64,000 nucleotides of DNA from the NCBI GenBank assembly GCA_030141605.1, contig JAQGDQ010000604.1, positions 62,001 to 126,000 of the forward strand. The letters run 5' to 3'. The notes under the pieces are model-generated. The model ran no database searches. It worked only from the letters and a program-made list of their open reading frames with translations, and was not told the DNA's origin. Positions 1 through 13,559 of this stretch are shown here, in pieces. The translations under genes and the position numbers were made by a program. This DNA comes from Tubiluchus corallicola (Eukaryota > Animalia > Priapulida). How positions within the stretch are numbered: position 1 is the stretch's first letter; each line of letters begins with the position of its first letter.

Positions 1-498
1 TTGCTTTTAATATCTTTTATATCTTACTAACTTAATGTTTACTTGACAAAAAATTGACATGCTAATTGGAGATCTGTTACCAATTTACATAGTCCCATGT
101 TACATACATACTGCTTATACAGCTCTGAGATCAAGTCTGTTTACATTTGCTTTTTTCAATGTTTTTCATAACCAAAAGAGCATAAGAGCTACTGGCTGCT
201 GCAACTGAATAATCGTAGTATGGAACGTAACAAAACTGAACAAAAATACTACGAAATACAAATACAGTGACTATAAATTACACAAACATATGCTCTTAGC
301 ATAAGTTTTAAATTCTAAAATTTCAGCATTTTATGCTCAGTTGCCTGACCTTTTCACTGTCGTAGCAAAAAAGTAAGCTAATTAATTACATAGGTTCGTA
401 ATAGACTTTATAGTTTTCAGTATTTCAAACCCTAACCTTGAACTACAGTCGCGTATGTTTAAACGAGCAAACATACGTACAAAAATTTGAAAGGAAGT

Positions 499-756
499 CA
501 GCTATACCTCGAAGGCATGTAACAGAGGTCAAAGAATTACTTTTCACTTAACTACACCTTCATTAGCAGGTAGCTTGTAAACTCAAGTTAGTTTCAAAAT
601 TTAATGTGGATTTTCCATGTATTTCCAGCTATACCTCGAAGGCATGTAACAGAGGTCAAAGAATGACTTTTCACTAGTTAACTACACCTTCATTAGCAGG
701 TAGCTTGTAAACTCAAGTTAGTTTCAAAATTTAATGTGGATTTTCCATGTATTTCC
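499..756. repeat. Tandem duplication, ~127-130 bp x2
   Basis: CAGCTATACCTCGAAGGC...CCATGTATTTCC starts at 499 and again at 626, nearly identical. Confidence 0.9.
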
Positions 757-1191
757 GCAAAAAAAAACTGCAAATTAACACACAATTTCCATATTCCGTT
801 ACTTGTGTACAGTAGTAGCCAGAGCTACTTGCCAGTTGATGACTTTGACATTTTTTTATGACACAAAGCAAAAGAAATTATTGATCAGTTGTAAAGATAC
901 AAATGGGTGAGTAATTTAAACATATTTGAGTTCATTTAGAAATACGACCATAATTCCACATAAATTTCACATCACGTTAACAGATTATACACAAAAGTAT
1001 TTTATAAAGCAGAAAAATGCACCAACTTATAGACTGTGCAATGTATAGCGTTAAAATAAATGAGCTCCATAGGATTAAAACATCTCGGTTACGCCTCTCC
1101 TCACATAACATAGCTATTGAGACTGGAAGATAACACTGAACTGAACTTTAACGATCAGCATGAATTTTTCAATGGAAACCCAATGTCGTAT

Positions 1192-1546
1192 CGTGAATTT
1201 GTAAATAACTCTTTAGCGATTTTTGAACAGTAATGGTCATGTTATGTGATCAAAAGTGTTTACCGTGAATTTGTAAATAACCCTTGAGCTGTTTTTGGAC
1301 AGTAATGATCATGTTATGTGATCGTAAGTGTGTATTGTGAATTTGAAAATAATTCTTTAGCTATTTTTGGACAGTAATGATCATGTTATGTGATCGTAAG
1401 TGTGTAGTGAGAATTTGTAAATAATTCTTTAGCTATTTTTGGACAGTAATGATCATGTTATGTGATCGTAAGTGTGTAGTGAGAATTTGTAAATAATTCT
1501 TCAGATATTTTTGGACAGTAATGATCATGTTATATGATCAAAAGTA
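1192..1546. repeat. Minisatellite, 72-bp unit x~5
   Basis: GTGAATTTGTAAATAA... recurs at 1193, 1265, 1337, 1409. Confidence 0.9.
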
Positions 1547-2211
1547 CTTTTTTTCTTGTGAACTAAGGACTGAACCAAAATATCATGTTCGACACGCTAC
1601 AATGATATTAGCAAGCAGACGAATGCGTGCATAATATAGTAGTACTTATTAAACTAATTAGGAACTTAAACAAAGAAGATCAGAACAGCAAGACAGTCTA
1701 TCATCATCATACGCCCACCACGTCTATTGTAGACATTGGGCAGGCAGAATTCTAAAATAAAAGAAATCTGCCTTCAGACAGGTAAATGCAGCAAGAAAGT
1801 AATGAAGCAAGAAACTAGACACTGCTATGCCAGTGGCTTGTCAGCACCACTTCCAAGACAGTCTAGAATGCAGAACACTGCTAAACAATCACCGAGATCT
1901 TTGATCTACACAAACCATATCTGTGGTATTGTTACGCAGACCACGGAAAAGGCCATTTGCGAAACTATCAATGGCCTATGAACTGTGGCTTGTCCATGAA
2001 TAATTTCATACCAATAATAAAAGTTTGTATATTGTATTGGCAAATTTCAGGTGTTATAATGTTGCAAGGTTCGTCTTAGCTAGAGGGCCTGTAGCACAGA
2101 TTACAAAAAGGATTCTAAGCTAATAAAATATACATAAAAATTTAATCAAGCATTATTTACTTGCAAAGAAAAGTAGTTAACTTTTTCTGGATACAAAGTT
2201 ACAAATATATT

Positions 2212-2621
2212 TAGGGGTGAGCATCGAACATTCTAATCGAATTCGATTCGAACGAGTTTTTTAGTTCGAACTCGATTCGAATCCAAAACGATAGATTCGA
2301 ATAAATCAGCACTTCAATCACATATGTTCCTGATCATTAAAACGATTGAAACATCATGCAATTAGCATAATTTAGCTGTGATTTCTGCGCACAACTTTAA
2401 ACAAATTACTAGTCGTTTCATTGCAGAACAAAATCAAGTGATATGCATGATTTTGTAAGACTAATTTTTACTGGTGGTTCGAAAACTTGTTCGAAAATCG
2501 TTCAATCTCAATTGGAATTCGGTTCGAATTCGATACACTGAAGTTCGGTTCGATTCGAATTCGAAAGTCACAAATTTGGTTCGATTCGAATTCGCTTTCT
2601 GGGAGGGAATGCTCAACCCTA
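2212..2621. mobile_element. hAT-like MITE rich in TTCGAA subterminal motifs
   Basis: TIRs TAGGGGTGAGCAT / ATGCTCAACCCTA (1 mismatch); degenerate 8-bp TSD AATATATT/AGCATATT; related end at ~21106-21220. Confidence 0.75.
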
Positions 2622-3110
2622 AGCATATTTACAGCAGATACGTATGAAATTTCAATAACAGTAGTGCTTGTAGTAGAAATGTAAATATCACAGTTCTTTA
2701 AATGCTAGAAGTAGCTAGAAATATATATTCACAAACTGTTTTAATGTTTTGGCCTAAATCCTTTTTATACATGTACACTTTGATTTTTAAACTCGTCAAA
2801 TAAGGCACCTGATAGGCCAATAATCATAAATATTCCATAATTTGTAACACAAAGGAATAATTGCATTGAAGGGTTAAATGCAGTGTAAGAAAAGTTGTAA
2901 AATGTTTATTAGTTGACTGACATTGACCGACTGGCAATGGCTAGCAAATAGGTCACACCGGGGTTATTCAACCTCATCTGGTTACTATTAGCCCAAAAGT
3001 ATAGCCCACGAGTCACACAAAACAAAAACTCCACCGTCCAAAACAAAACATATTGTAATCTCTCATTACAACTGTAAATTAGTGACTTTAATTGCTTAAG
3101 TCATTTTAAT

Positions 3111-3380
3111 TAATAGTAACAGAAATTTTTCCTTAAAGGACAAGAAAAGGGGGACCTGGGTGGACTAATGTAACAGAAATTTTTCCTTAAAGGACAAGAA
3201 AAGGGAGACCTGGGTGAACTAATGTAACAGAAATTTTTCCTTAAAGGACAAGAAAAGGGAGACCTGGGTGGACTAATGTAACAGAAATTTTTCCCTAAAG
3301 GACAAGAAAAGGCAGACCTGGGTGAACTAATGTAACAGAAACTTTTCCTTAAAGGACAAGAAAGGGGAGACCTGGGTGGA
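3111..3380. repeat. Minisatellite, 54-bp unit x5
   Basis: GTAACAGAAATTTTTCCTTAAAGGACAAGAAAAGGGAGACCTGGGTG repeated with period 54. Confidence 0.9.
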
Positions 3381-3464
3381 TTTCAGAAAAAAACGCCTAA
3401 AAAATTATTACTTTACAACATTTTTATGCATATATCATACTCGCATTAAAAAGAACTATTGTGT

Positions 3465-3998
3465 GTTTTCATTTTAAATCTCTCGCAATACTGCTCCGAC
3501 AGTGCTATTACATGGCGTCACTACGCAAACTTAAATCAGGAGTAGAAAAGGCAACATTAGATTATGTTCCAAAAAACTTTCCAAGCAAATCTATTATTAC
3601 TTAATATTTTGCTTACCCGCTGGAAAGATTTATGTAACTAGAAATAATAATTCAAAATGTTCATGGTAAAATGTCGTTGACTCACCTCCAGGGTGCACCA
3701 CTCACTAGCCAAAAACGTTTTTTAATCTTACTGACAAGATACAGTAATCTGAAATTTTACTTAGTTAGCAACATGTATGCTACGAATGGTGTGATTATTT
3801 TTTTAAACTTTACTCAGTGTTATCTAAACTTGTTTTAAATGACTTACCATTAAAATGGCTACGCCTAACGGTCATCGCGGAAGTTTAAATTTACTAGTTT
3901 TATGTAGCCCTGCATGCAAAAAGGCAGTACATAAGTGGTATAAAATTTCAAGACGAATTTTTTAAGCTTCGTGTAAGTGGAGGTTTTCTTGTGCTTTG
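3465..3998. repeat. Dispersed repeat (~540 bp), copy 1; copy 2 at ~42888-43440
   Basis: Colinear similarity including an identical CTCCAGGGTGCACCACTCACTAGCCAAAAACG block. Confidence 0.8.
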
Positions 3999-5339
3999 AC
4001 AATAAAAATCATTGCAGTTAGCCATCAGGTAGGCTATATTAATCTTCAGTCTTCACTCTACAAGAATCTTTGCACTCGAAAAAACATAAAATTAGGTCCA
4101 CAGACTCTCCACCAAACACATTTATACAAAAGCAACCTAACTTAAGTTTAACTTAACAAGCAAACATTCTAACAGGCAAATTACATAAATACAGTACACT
4201 TGTGGATATTGTTTGAAGTACTTTGATATCTACATTTCTACTACAAGCACTACTATTACTGAAATTGTATACGTGTCAGCTGTAAATATGTTTCTAACTT
4301 TGCAATGTGTATATATTCAGAAAAAAGTAATTACTTTATTTTGCAAGTAAATAATGCATGATTAAATTTTATGTATATTTTATTAGTTTAAAATTCCTTT
4401 TGTAATATATGCTACATGCCTTCAAACACCACGAAATCTCACCTAACTCTAGCAAAGTCTAAGAAAAGAAAAAATCATAGACAAATAATAATAAACCAAT
4501 TAAATTAACTTTTAAAACAGTCCAGTACATTCCCATACTATAATTCATAGCATAGTTAGTGTTATAACTATAATATTATTGCAGTAGTAGAAGACTAATA
4601 TTACAGTTCATCTAAATACAGCAGTGACTTAACGTAAATTATTTTCTAATCGGTCAAATTTTCTTCTTTATTTGTCTCCTAATTTTCCGCTTTTCACTAT
4701 CCTGTACTAACGATAACCGTTCACCCATGTTTACGTCTCTTCCACCTTTCAAGCTTTCCGTCAAGCCAGACTTCAGGGGGGACTTGGGACACAATACATT
4801 ATTCTAACTTTCTTTAAATTATGTACATTATTTAATACTGTAACATTAACTCTATCATGTGGTGTGTAACATGAAATAAACAAATCTAAATCTTGAATCT
4901 AATATGTAAATACTAAACAAGGAGCATTTTGCAATGAAACTTTCATTTTTGCCTGTTACTGAATGCAATATCTGTAGAAATTTAAATTCAAGTGCTGCAA
5001 GATTCAACAACTAAGTCCTAATAAGCTAGATGGGCTTTTGAACTGTGTCATAAATTTTTCTATATTACACTTTTTTGATACTTATTTTTTCTTTCAATAC
5101 TCTCAGTTTTTTTTAACTTTACTCACTAACCTTGGTCAAATTTCCCTGTTAATAAGACCCCATTTGAAACTACTACATATAATAATCCAAATTACTGAAT
5201 AATAATTGTATTGTTTTGTTTAGATTTCGGTATCCAACTTTATTATTTTTTTGTTTTCAGTTCTTTTTGGATAATTTGAATCATTTATACTGTTTTATTT
5301 ATTTTTTCTTATTTGTTTTTGTTTTTGTTATCTGCAGCA

Positions 5340-5510
5340 TCACCGTTAGTTTTTAATAGACTAATCTACTTATAAGAAAGGGCAGGAGACTAGATGACCC
5401 TATGGTCCTTCCATGCCCTGCTCCATGATTATAATTACTTAATATTTAAAAAACTCTTGATGCTAAACTAATTGGAAAAAATAAATTTTCTATGTCTATG
5501 TCTATGTGTA
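5340..5510 (+). mobile_element. CR1/L2-like LINE 3' end
   Basis: GACTAGATGACC...GGTCCTTCC motif inside an AGGGCA/TGCCCT hairpin, then AATAAA and a (TATGTC)n tail. Confidence 0.55.
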
Positions 5511-6858
5511 TAGCAAATGACAATCTGTCCAATGTACGGCTGTTTATTACCATTAACTACCTAGAATCATGTGACTTGACTTTAAATGCATAGATCTAAA
5601 ATTGTATTTTTTTATGAAGAATCGAAGTATATCTTTCATGTGTAAATAATTCATCCAACTTTCTACGAAAAAGCGATGTTATGAACTTTACATAGATATA
5701 TTTTAGGTGCAGACGTGCTTATTGAACCTTTCTAAGGCACATTTAAGTAAAAATGCACAACAGATTAAACTTGTAAAATTTACACAAAAGTAAAAAGAAG
5801 AAAACATACATGTCTAGAAGTGATTCAGTGGGTGCAAGAGAAAGGGTTAGTGAGTGAGTTACCCTTAAACAAACTTATCCAGCAAGAGAGTTTTTTCAAA
5901 CAGTAAATCAGATGAATTACCATCTTCAAAATCTTTGCATTAACTTATAGTCTCCACTAGCATAATATAACTGACAAAATGCCAAAAACTTATGTACAAC
6001 CGTATTGTCACAATGCAGCACCAACATAAACTTCGAACCAAATCTGGCTGCAATTCGTTAATCTTCATTTTCTGTTTGCGTTGCTGTTTGCCCTAGACAT
6101 CGTAGTTATAAGAGGGTTGCAAGACTGCAATCGTTTTGTACTGGTTGCCCATGCACGTGGAGAATAGCATGAGAAACTCTGCAGTCACATAACAGGACCA
6201 CTACCGCATAATTAACTTATAATTAAATTAACTAATAAAATAATACAACTTACTACACCTTGAAAAAAATTAATAAAGTATTTAATAGATACCGTCGTGT
6301 AGCTGCACACTAATTCACGCCGCGAAGTTCAACACAAGTTACATACTGCCGCGTAGACTAATCTTACGAATTCATAAATCTAACTCAGATGCAAAATACG
6401 ACAGAGAGCAAAAATAAAACCTGCAAAGCAAAAAACCTGCATTACGTTTCAGTAAGCTGCATAGAGCTATTGGCGCAAATTTATTCGCTTCAGTGACTCC
6501 ATGCTGCTTACATGTTTATTGCAGTGGACCAAGCTCACACGTATGGTACTCACATACTGTTATTATGAGTTCTCTACTTCCTAAATCATTCAACTAGAAC
6601 CGCATAAACCAGCATACAGCCATTACCGTTGCTAAGAGAGGTAGTTGCGCACAATATTTGCGCATCTGTGCAGCACATGCGCACGCTTAAAAACTGCAGT
6701 GATGAAAAGCAAACAGGGCGAAAGGCCATATTTATTTGTAGGCCCGACAAGCTAGAAACAAAGGGCATAATCTAGGCCGCTTCGAGTCGATGTCTTTGGT
6801 ATTGATATAAAGGTTTTCTTATACTAGCAGACGCGCTTTATTAAGTTCCGTTCCGTAG

Positions 6859-7060
<202 letters not shown>

Positions 7061-7319
7061 ATCAATTGAATTATTTGGAAGTGTGTCGTACCTAAATTAT
7101 TTAATGTAAATAGGCTACAAGCTGCATTTGCCAGCCCAGACACATGAATACAATTTGTCTGGTCCTAAGCAAACAACATCTGACTGTTTAGGTATAACTT
7201 TTAAGTTAAGGAATCATTCAAATTAGTTCTTGCACTAAATCAGTTCCGTAACATCGCTGGCATAAGGACATGCACCCCAACATCAATAAAATAGTACAAA
7301 TAGTAGAAGCAGGTAAATG

Positions 7320-7440
7320 GATATCTAGGGCGCTCATGCTCTCAGGAAAGCTACGTCGCAGGTAGAATTTTCCAGATCGATATCTAGGTCGCCCATGCTC
7401 TCAGTAAAACTACGTCGTAAGTAGAATTTTCCAGATTGGA
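7320..7440. repeat. Tandem duplication, ~59 bp x2
   Basis: ATATCTAGG...GTAGAATTTTCCAGAT occurs twice. Confidence 0.8.
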
Positions 7441-9642
7441 TGGCCAGACGCAGTGGTTGCAGTTGGCTGCTACGCTTACTTTCCTAAGACTATTAAGTGA
7501 GTACTGCATGTGTTGTTATAACAAAGCAACAATTGAATATACTACTTGCACTTAATAATCAAGTAACATAATGCCTGCACTACAGGCCACCTTTTAAGTA
7601 TGTTATCAGCTTCATCAATGCAGTCGTTGCCGTCGTCGCTGTCGTAAATGTCATTCGTTTTTTATGTGACAGGGTTTGGGTTCAAGAAACAGTGCAAAAC
7701 GAGACAAAATTTGGTAAGACACAATCTGTTTAACTGTTTATTTGAATTCATGATCAATGGCTGGTTGTGAGCAGATTTATTTTAGAGCTTGTCTAGTTTT
7801 AGCACAACACACTGAATGTCTTACAGTTGCATTGTAATTCAATTTTCGCTTTCGCAAACACGTACAACACGCTTGCGGAATGTTGTTGCTTTTGAAAATT
7901 ATGTTCGTTTGTGATGTCATCAATAGTTGGGCTCACCGCCGTTAATTAAGATCTTAATCTCTTATTTAATTATCAGAAACGCTTTTGCAGTATTAATTGC
8001 GTTAACATGTTTATCGGGCTTGAAAATGGGGTAATGTATGAAAAATCGTCGTGTCTTCCTTTAATATTAGTTAAGCTACTTTACTTTTATGCTATGACAG
8101 TAAACAAGCGTGATGACATTTAGAACATGAAGGGGAAGCAATAGATGCGGTAACGGTACATCCAGAGGCCAAGCGGACCTTATTGCACCACTGCGGCCAA
8201 AGTCATCAGAAATGCAAACTGTTGGATTTCAGTTCTCGAGATCAACTCTAGTTTTATTTCTTGTCATGTAGTTTGTGGTTGAAAGCCTGTACAGGCTCGT
8301 TTGATTTTATTCGCCAACCTTAGTTGAAATTTTTTCAATATCATTTTTTATATATAGTCCCATAAACAAATTGGTGGACCCATAAGAGGAAACTTACAAT
8401 TAAGATTTTGTAATACATGTAGCAAAGTCTTCTTGATTCTTGTGCAGTTATTTATTCATTTATGGGCAGCCCTGGGGGGGGGGGGGGTGAACAGCAGCAG
8501 TAGCTCTGATCAAGGGATCTGGGGCAGCGGGCGTCGTTCCGTTTTTCCATTAGTTCGCATCTCCTCCCGGCGCTTTTATTTGTTTTAGTTTTTTCACAAG
8601 TAGTCAGGTTTTGTGAGCGGGTGTAGATGTCCGAAAGGGGCCATAACATAAAGCCGGGGTACATCTCTTGGTGACCTTTAGACGCATAAAATCAGGGACA
8701 CAAAATTTACAGGGCACATTTCTTGGGCCAAGGAAACTATGTTTACATGCGACCCGAAAATGTCAGGTCTAAGGTCACGGAGTGGGTGACTCTTCAATTA
8801 TTTTTCACTAAATTTTACAACCGATTTCACTGCCATGTATGAAAGATAATCATCTAAATTGACGTATTGCTGCTACGAAATTATTTTAAAGAATTATGAC
8901 GATTTAAGTTGTAAGAGGATTTGCTCTGGCGACTCACAATCAGGGCGACTGAAATTACGGTGCTCCTTCAGACGAAGTCACCCTCTAATTTGCTCGCACT
9001 GGTCTTGAATATTTCTTACTTGTGATGTATTTTAGCAACATTGGGGCTCCATATTTAAAATAAAGGGCTTCAAAGAGGGGTCCTTGTCTCAAATAAAGAG
9101 CCTCCAACAGAGATCCTTTACCTCAAATACGGAGCCGCTTTAAAATTGGATTTTCAGACCATTTTTAAGGCGAGCAGTTAAACACAAGCTTTCGGGTACC
9201 CTTAGGCTGCAGCCTACATTAGCCTATTATAGGGTAATCCAACCCGATTATACACATTAGACAGTGCATTCGTACACTCATGATTGGACTTTAATGGCCT
9301 AGTAAATGCTGATAGGCTATATACGTGTAGTTTTGGCTAAGGCTTTCCGAAATGAAACAATGTTGTTTGAACCTTGAAATCTGAATTATATTTTTGTTAG
9401 TAGTTTGACACCTAAAAACAATGTGCCAATTCTGCCCAAAGTCTTCGTTGATTAAATAGTTACCTAGTTTTCTTGCATTTAACTATTTAAAACATTTAGA
9501 CAATATCATTTATACAACTAAAGTCAATTAAGTTGCCAATGCAAAGCTGCAAGTTTGTGTGGCGTTGGGAATTCCTGCATTCTTGCGTTTATTTCAAATT
9601 TATAGATAAATGTGTTTATACTGTATTTTGATACTAAACATA

Positions 9643-9958
9643 CAGTCAACCCTCGTTAAACCAGACTAACTGGGGGGGGGGGGTCCGGTTTAGCCGATAT
9701 GCCTATATATCGTCTATATTATACAGGAATAATCACCTTAATAAGGCCTATATACATTGCACTATATACTGTGCACTATATAATATACTGTATATTACTT
9801 TAAAATAGTTAACCTGTGAGGATAAAGAACAGTTGGTAGGCCGTGTTGTGTTTAGCGCTCGGGCTCGGACGGAAATCGGTCAGTTTCCTTTACCACGGAT
9901 GACGTCCGTCTTATCCGATATCCGGGCTAACGGGGTCCGGTTTAACGAGGGTCGACTG
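9643..9958. mobile_element. Tc1/mariner (pogo/Tigger-like) MITE, copy 1
   Basis: TIRs CAGTCAACCCTCGTTAAACC / GGTTTAACGAGGGTCGACTG; TA on the left flank; near-identical copy at 53605-53931. Confidence 0.85.
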
Positions 9959-10163
9959 CATTTAGGAAATAAAATAGCGTTATTGAAATAACAATTTTCA
10001 GTGCTACATTTCTATCGGTGAAATAGAAAGACGGTATCCTTGAGAATCATTATTTTCAATATTTTAACTATCCAGAAGTAACACAACCTTTCTAGCTCCT
10101 AACTGACGTAGGAAAAAGAGACGAGTGACCAAACATTTACACACTTTCAATCCGTCATTTTCA

Positions 10164-10347
10164 GAGAATAATCCGCCTCCTACCACCGTAACAGTGACGC
10201 AAACTACTACCCCCTGCCACCCTACGCCAAGCTTGCCGATGGCGGGTCAGAAGAACGTGGGCTTCCCATGCAAGGATACCCTAGTCAAAACACCGTTATC
10301 CAGGCTCCTGCACAGGTGATCACGCACGGATATCCGTCGGGACCAGT
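10164..10347 (+). pseudogene. Possible decayed exon encoding a Pro/Tyr-rich (PPxY-like) segment
   Basis: TTTTCAG acceptor and GTG|GTAACT donor; ENNPP-[1-nt frameshift]-YHRNSDANYYPLPPYAKLADGGSEERGLPMQGYPSQNTVIQAPAQVITHGYPSGPVTV. Confidence 0.3.
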
Positions 10348-10419
10348 TACAGTGGTAACTATATGTGCCTCATATAGCATCTCAGCTAAACTCTTGCTTT
10401 AATTAAAAATGTCATAAGC

Positions 10420-11700
10420 AGTTATAATACTATCACCTTCTAATTTTCAAATGCCTAATGTTGCTGTTAATCTAGATCGTATAGTGTAAGGTGACTTAAA
10501 TCTATGTATCGTATAGATTGAATTTTAATGTGTTCGCTTAACTCCTAAATGCTATAAGGTGAATCCTTCACCTGACTCCGAGAGCTTTGGATATCAGTCT
10601 AGTAAGCAATGATCGTCTTATCTAAACTTCACCTTGACCTTCGCGTTGTGAGAAAGGTCTATATCTCTCAAGTTTCCTAGCTATGTCCCCGCAATATGGA
10701 CGATAGTTAATGCAAAGCGAACTAATCAGATTCGTATATCGGAAATAGTGTTGCTTGAGTTAAACACTGATAATATACATTAACTCAATTGTTAAATGTC
10801 CAAGAGAATTGTTTTATTGATTTACAATAATTACTGCTTAAGTATATCTTACAAGATTTAGTCCTTAAGCGCTTTTGACGCTCACAACTATTTTGTTAGC
10901 TTCTCAAAAGTACCTCTCTGAACAATTCTTACACTTATTCTCACTATAGTACAATGTGAACTTATAAGAACTACTAACGATATGCACAGTTAATTCTCAG
11001 TTTTACCAATATGTTAAGAGTACTTAACTCTGCGGAGTTGACCCAATGTACAATACAATATGGTCAATTCCGATAGTTGATACAAGATTTCTCGTCGGCT
11101 CAGTGCCCAGATTATCCTAGGAACGCAGAAAGATGTCTACGCTGAACTTCAGGAGTTGTCTTGTTGATCGAAATAACCTTCTGTGTGTTTTACCGTACAC
11201 ACAGCACGTGTCTCCTCCAATACGATCGGGTGGAACGAGCGCTGGGTTATTCGAACCCGGGGCTTATATTTCATTGAGGTAACCTTGCAGTAACCTTGCA
11301 CAATTTCTGCGTCGTATGAAGCAACAAAATTTATGGGACAAGTTTTGAAGACGCAGTCATTATACGCCCGTAAAACGTATCCGTGTTCTTTCTTCAAAAA
11401 ACAACGACCTCGCAGAGTTTTGTTAATTAGTAGCAATTTGTGCATAACGCTCATTATGAACGGTACATCCGTCTCGACTTAATGTTAGCTAATTATCTTA
11501 AGCATCTTAGAGTGTCCTGACGTAAACGCTATTTTTAGTTCTGACAACCTACGCTGTTTACAGTTCATTAAATCCGGGCTTTTCAGCTGAGTGAGTTCCT
11601 TATCGCACGATCTGTAAATTTATTCATGCAATCAGGGAGGCAGGCAACCTTATACCAAAATATCGAAAATCATCGATTTATAAATTTATTCACCACAACT
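10420..11700 (-). repeat. 3' LTR
   Basis: Matches 15252-16523; preceded on the minus strand by the PPT; its outer end has an 8-nt insertion (AGTTAT-AATACTAT-CACC). Confidence 0.9.
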
Positions 11701-11710
11701 TTCCTCCCCT
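11701..11710 (-). promoter_or_regulatory. Polypurine tract
   Basis: Minus-strand AGGGGAGGAA directly abutting the LTR start AGTTGTGG. Confidence 0.8.
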
Positions 11711-11999
11711 AACACTCACCTCAGATGTAGCACGAATTTAATGATCTGATCTAAGATCTTAACTTTTGGAAGCTCCTTAATTAGATACATTAGCAACATT
11801 ACATGTTACATCTTAATATTATTATGGGACATTCCATCTTGGAGGTCATGGTGGCGGGATACCATTGTCCATCGGGTCTTTCCGACTTCCTGGACCGGGG
11901 TTGTGATTCCACTGATCTCCTGAGATTCTTCCTCAGATACCCCTTATTGTCTTTTCCGACTTCATCTTCTTCCCGCCTTCCATTTCCAATGATCCCATC

Positions 12000-13200
12000 C
12001 TTCTGTAACATAAAATACATTCTGCAGTATCATAAGTTCATCATGTACAATTATTTACATCGATCCCTTTAAACCTAATTGGGTGGTTTCTCTACCATCA
12101 TCCAATGTTACCAGCCTGTTATGTATGGCTTCATTTGCCATCAACTTTTCATTAAATCGACCCTCTCGTTATCTCCAGACCGTCTTGTGGGCGCTTAAGT
12201 TGGCCAATATTAGGTCATCTAGGGTCGTCAAAGTCTGTCTTGTCAAAGTCTGTCCCGTCTTGGACCGCTGGTAGGTTCATATATTCAGGGATCCTATCTA
12301 CCATACCAGGAGTTAAGTCCTGTAATTCACTCAACTCTCTATAGAACCTCTCAATCATCTCACTCATCGGCAACTCAATTTGGTCTTCTTTCAACCGTAT
12401 TTGTGAGTTCCGGTAATAACAGGTGGGTAGCTCAAAAGACCTCGAGTGTACCTTACACCCATTCCCAATGATTATTAATTTAGGTTCTTTAATCCTCTCT
12501 TCTGAGGATGTTATTCTATTAATTCCACGGGGCTTGAACAGGTATATGTAATCAAAGTCTCACTAAATGGAGATACATACCAAGTCCCGGCAGTAATATG
12601 GTCACAACTACCTCTGGGTGTTTTATTGCTTTTACCCTACGCTCGCAGGCTTTTAATGTCTTATCAGGCCGGTTATGAAACAACACGGCTGGACATGCCG
12701 TTGCGTAAGCAGTTGACCTTACTGGTACTTTTAATTGGCACCGTTCTCTACTCTTCAGGTTAGGGAGGGCTTTCCTCCCCCTAGAGTGGCCCTAACCTCT
12801 TTCATGAAATTAGTAAGCTATTAAGTTCTAGCCTTACTATTCATTCCTTAGATCAGCTGCGCGTAGGCAGGTATTAGTTCTCGATCCAATTAGAGATCAA
12901 GCATATCAAGAGTTCATAACTACACTAATCCGCTCGCTAACAGCTCTTGATCTATCTTTAAATTTTTCTCGCTTGCATTGCCTTCAATTCCATTTGAATC
13001 AAGGTCTTTTCTCTTTGAACAGTCCAACTGTTCCCTTCATACTCAGTAAGCATTTCTTAATCTTACTTTTATTTAACCAATTCGCTGCGCCTGTGCGGAA
13101 TGTTAGTTCTCAACCCAATACGGCTAAGTATATTTAGACTAACCCGCTTGCGTACAGCGCGAGTTCTACCTGAACTCTTACAATATAGTGTGTTTAGCTA
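12000..13200 (-). pseudogene. env: Frameshifted envelope (baculovirus F / errantivirus Env-type) remnant
   Basis: RTRAVRKR-VSLNILSRIG (furin-like site plus fusion-peptide-like segment, ~13110-13165); Cys-spaced block CQLKVPVRSTAYATACPAVLF...KACERR...HITAGTWYVSPFSETLITYTCSS...KLIIIGNGCKVHSRSFELP across two frameshifts (~12420-12745). Confidence 0.6.
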
Positions 13201-13559
13201 CCGTGTGTCAAAATACACACTCTTTCCCTTTAATCTGCGCGCGATTCACATACCACCACAGGGTACCGTTCGAGACCTATGCCTTAGCAGCAAATTGTGC
13301 CTCTTATTCACCAATAAGCTCCTGGTGGGTGAACTGTACCTCTGGCAGCATTCTATTTTAATATGGGTCGAGTTCTAATTATCTGCACTGTCTGTTCCTT
13401 TCTTGTTTACTCCCAGTAAACGTTTTCCTATGCGACCTAGCTATTGATTCTTCTATTATTTGTCCCGCTCTAATGGATCCAATCAGAACGGACAGGCTCC
13501 AGCCACCTTTAGTTCCCCTTTTTACTCTTATTTAACTGGATATCCCTTACGGTTCTCTC

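Larger units (their letters stand above)
2087..4420. repeat. Long imperfect inverted repeat (~210-bp arms), foldback/MITE-like relic
   Basis: The reverse complement of 4211-4420 aligns to 2087-2211 joined to 2622-2702 (e.g. CTAATAAAATATACATAAAA and GTAGTGCTTGTAGTAGAAATGTA shared). Confidence 0.75.
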
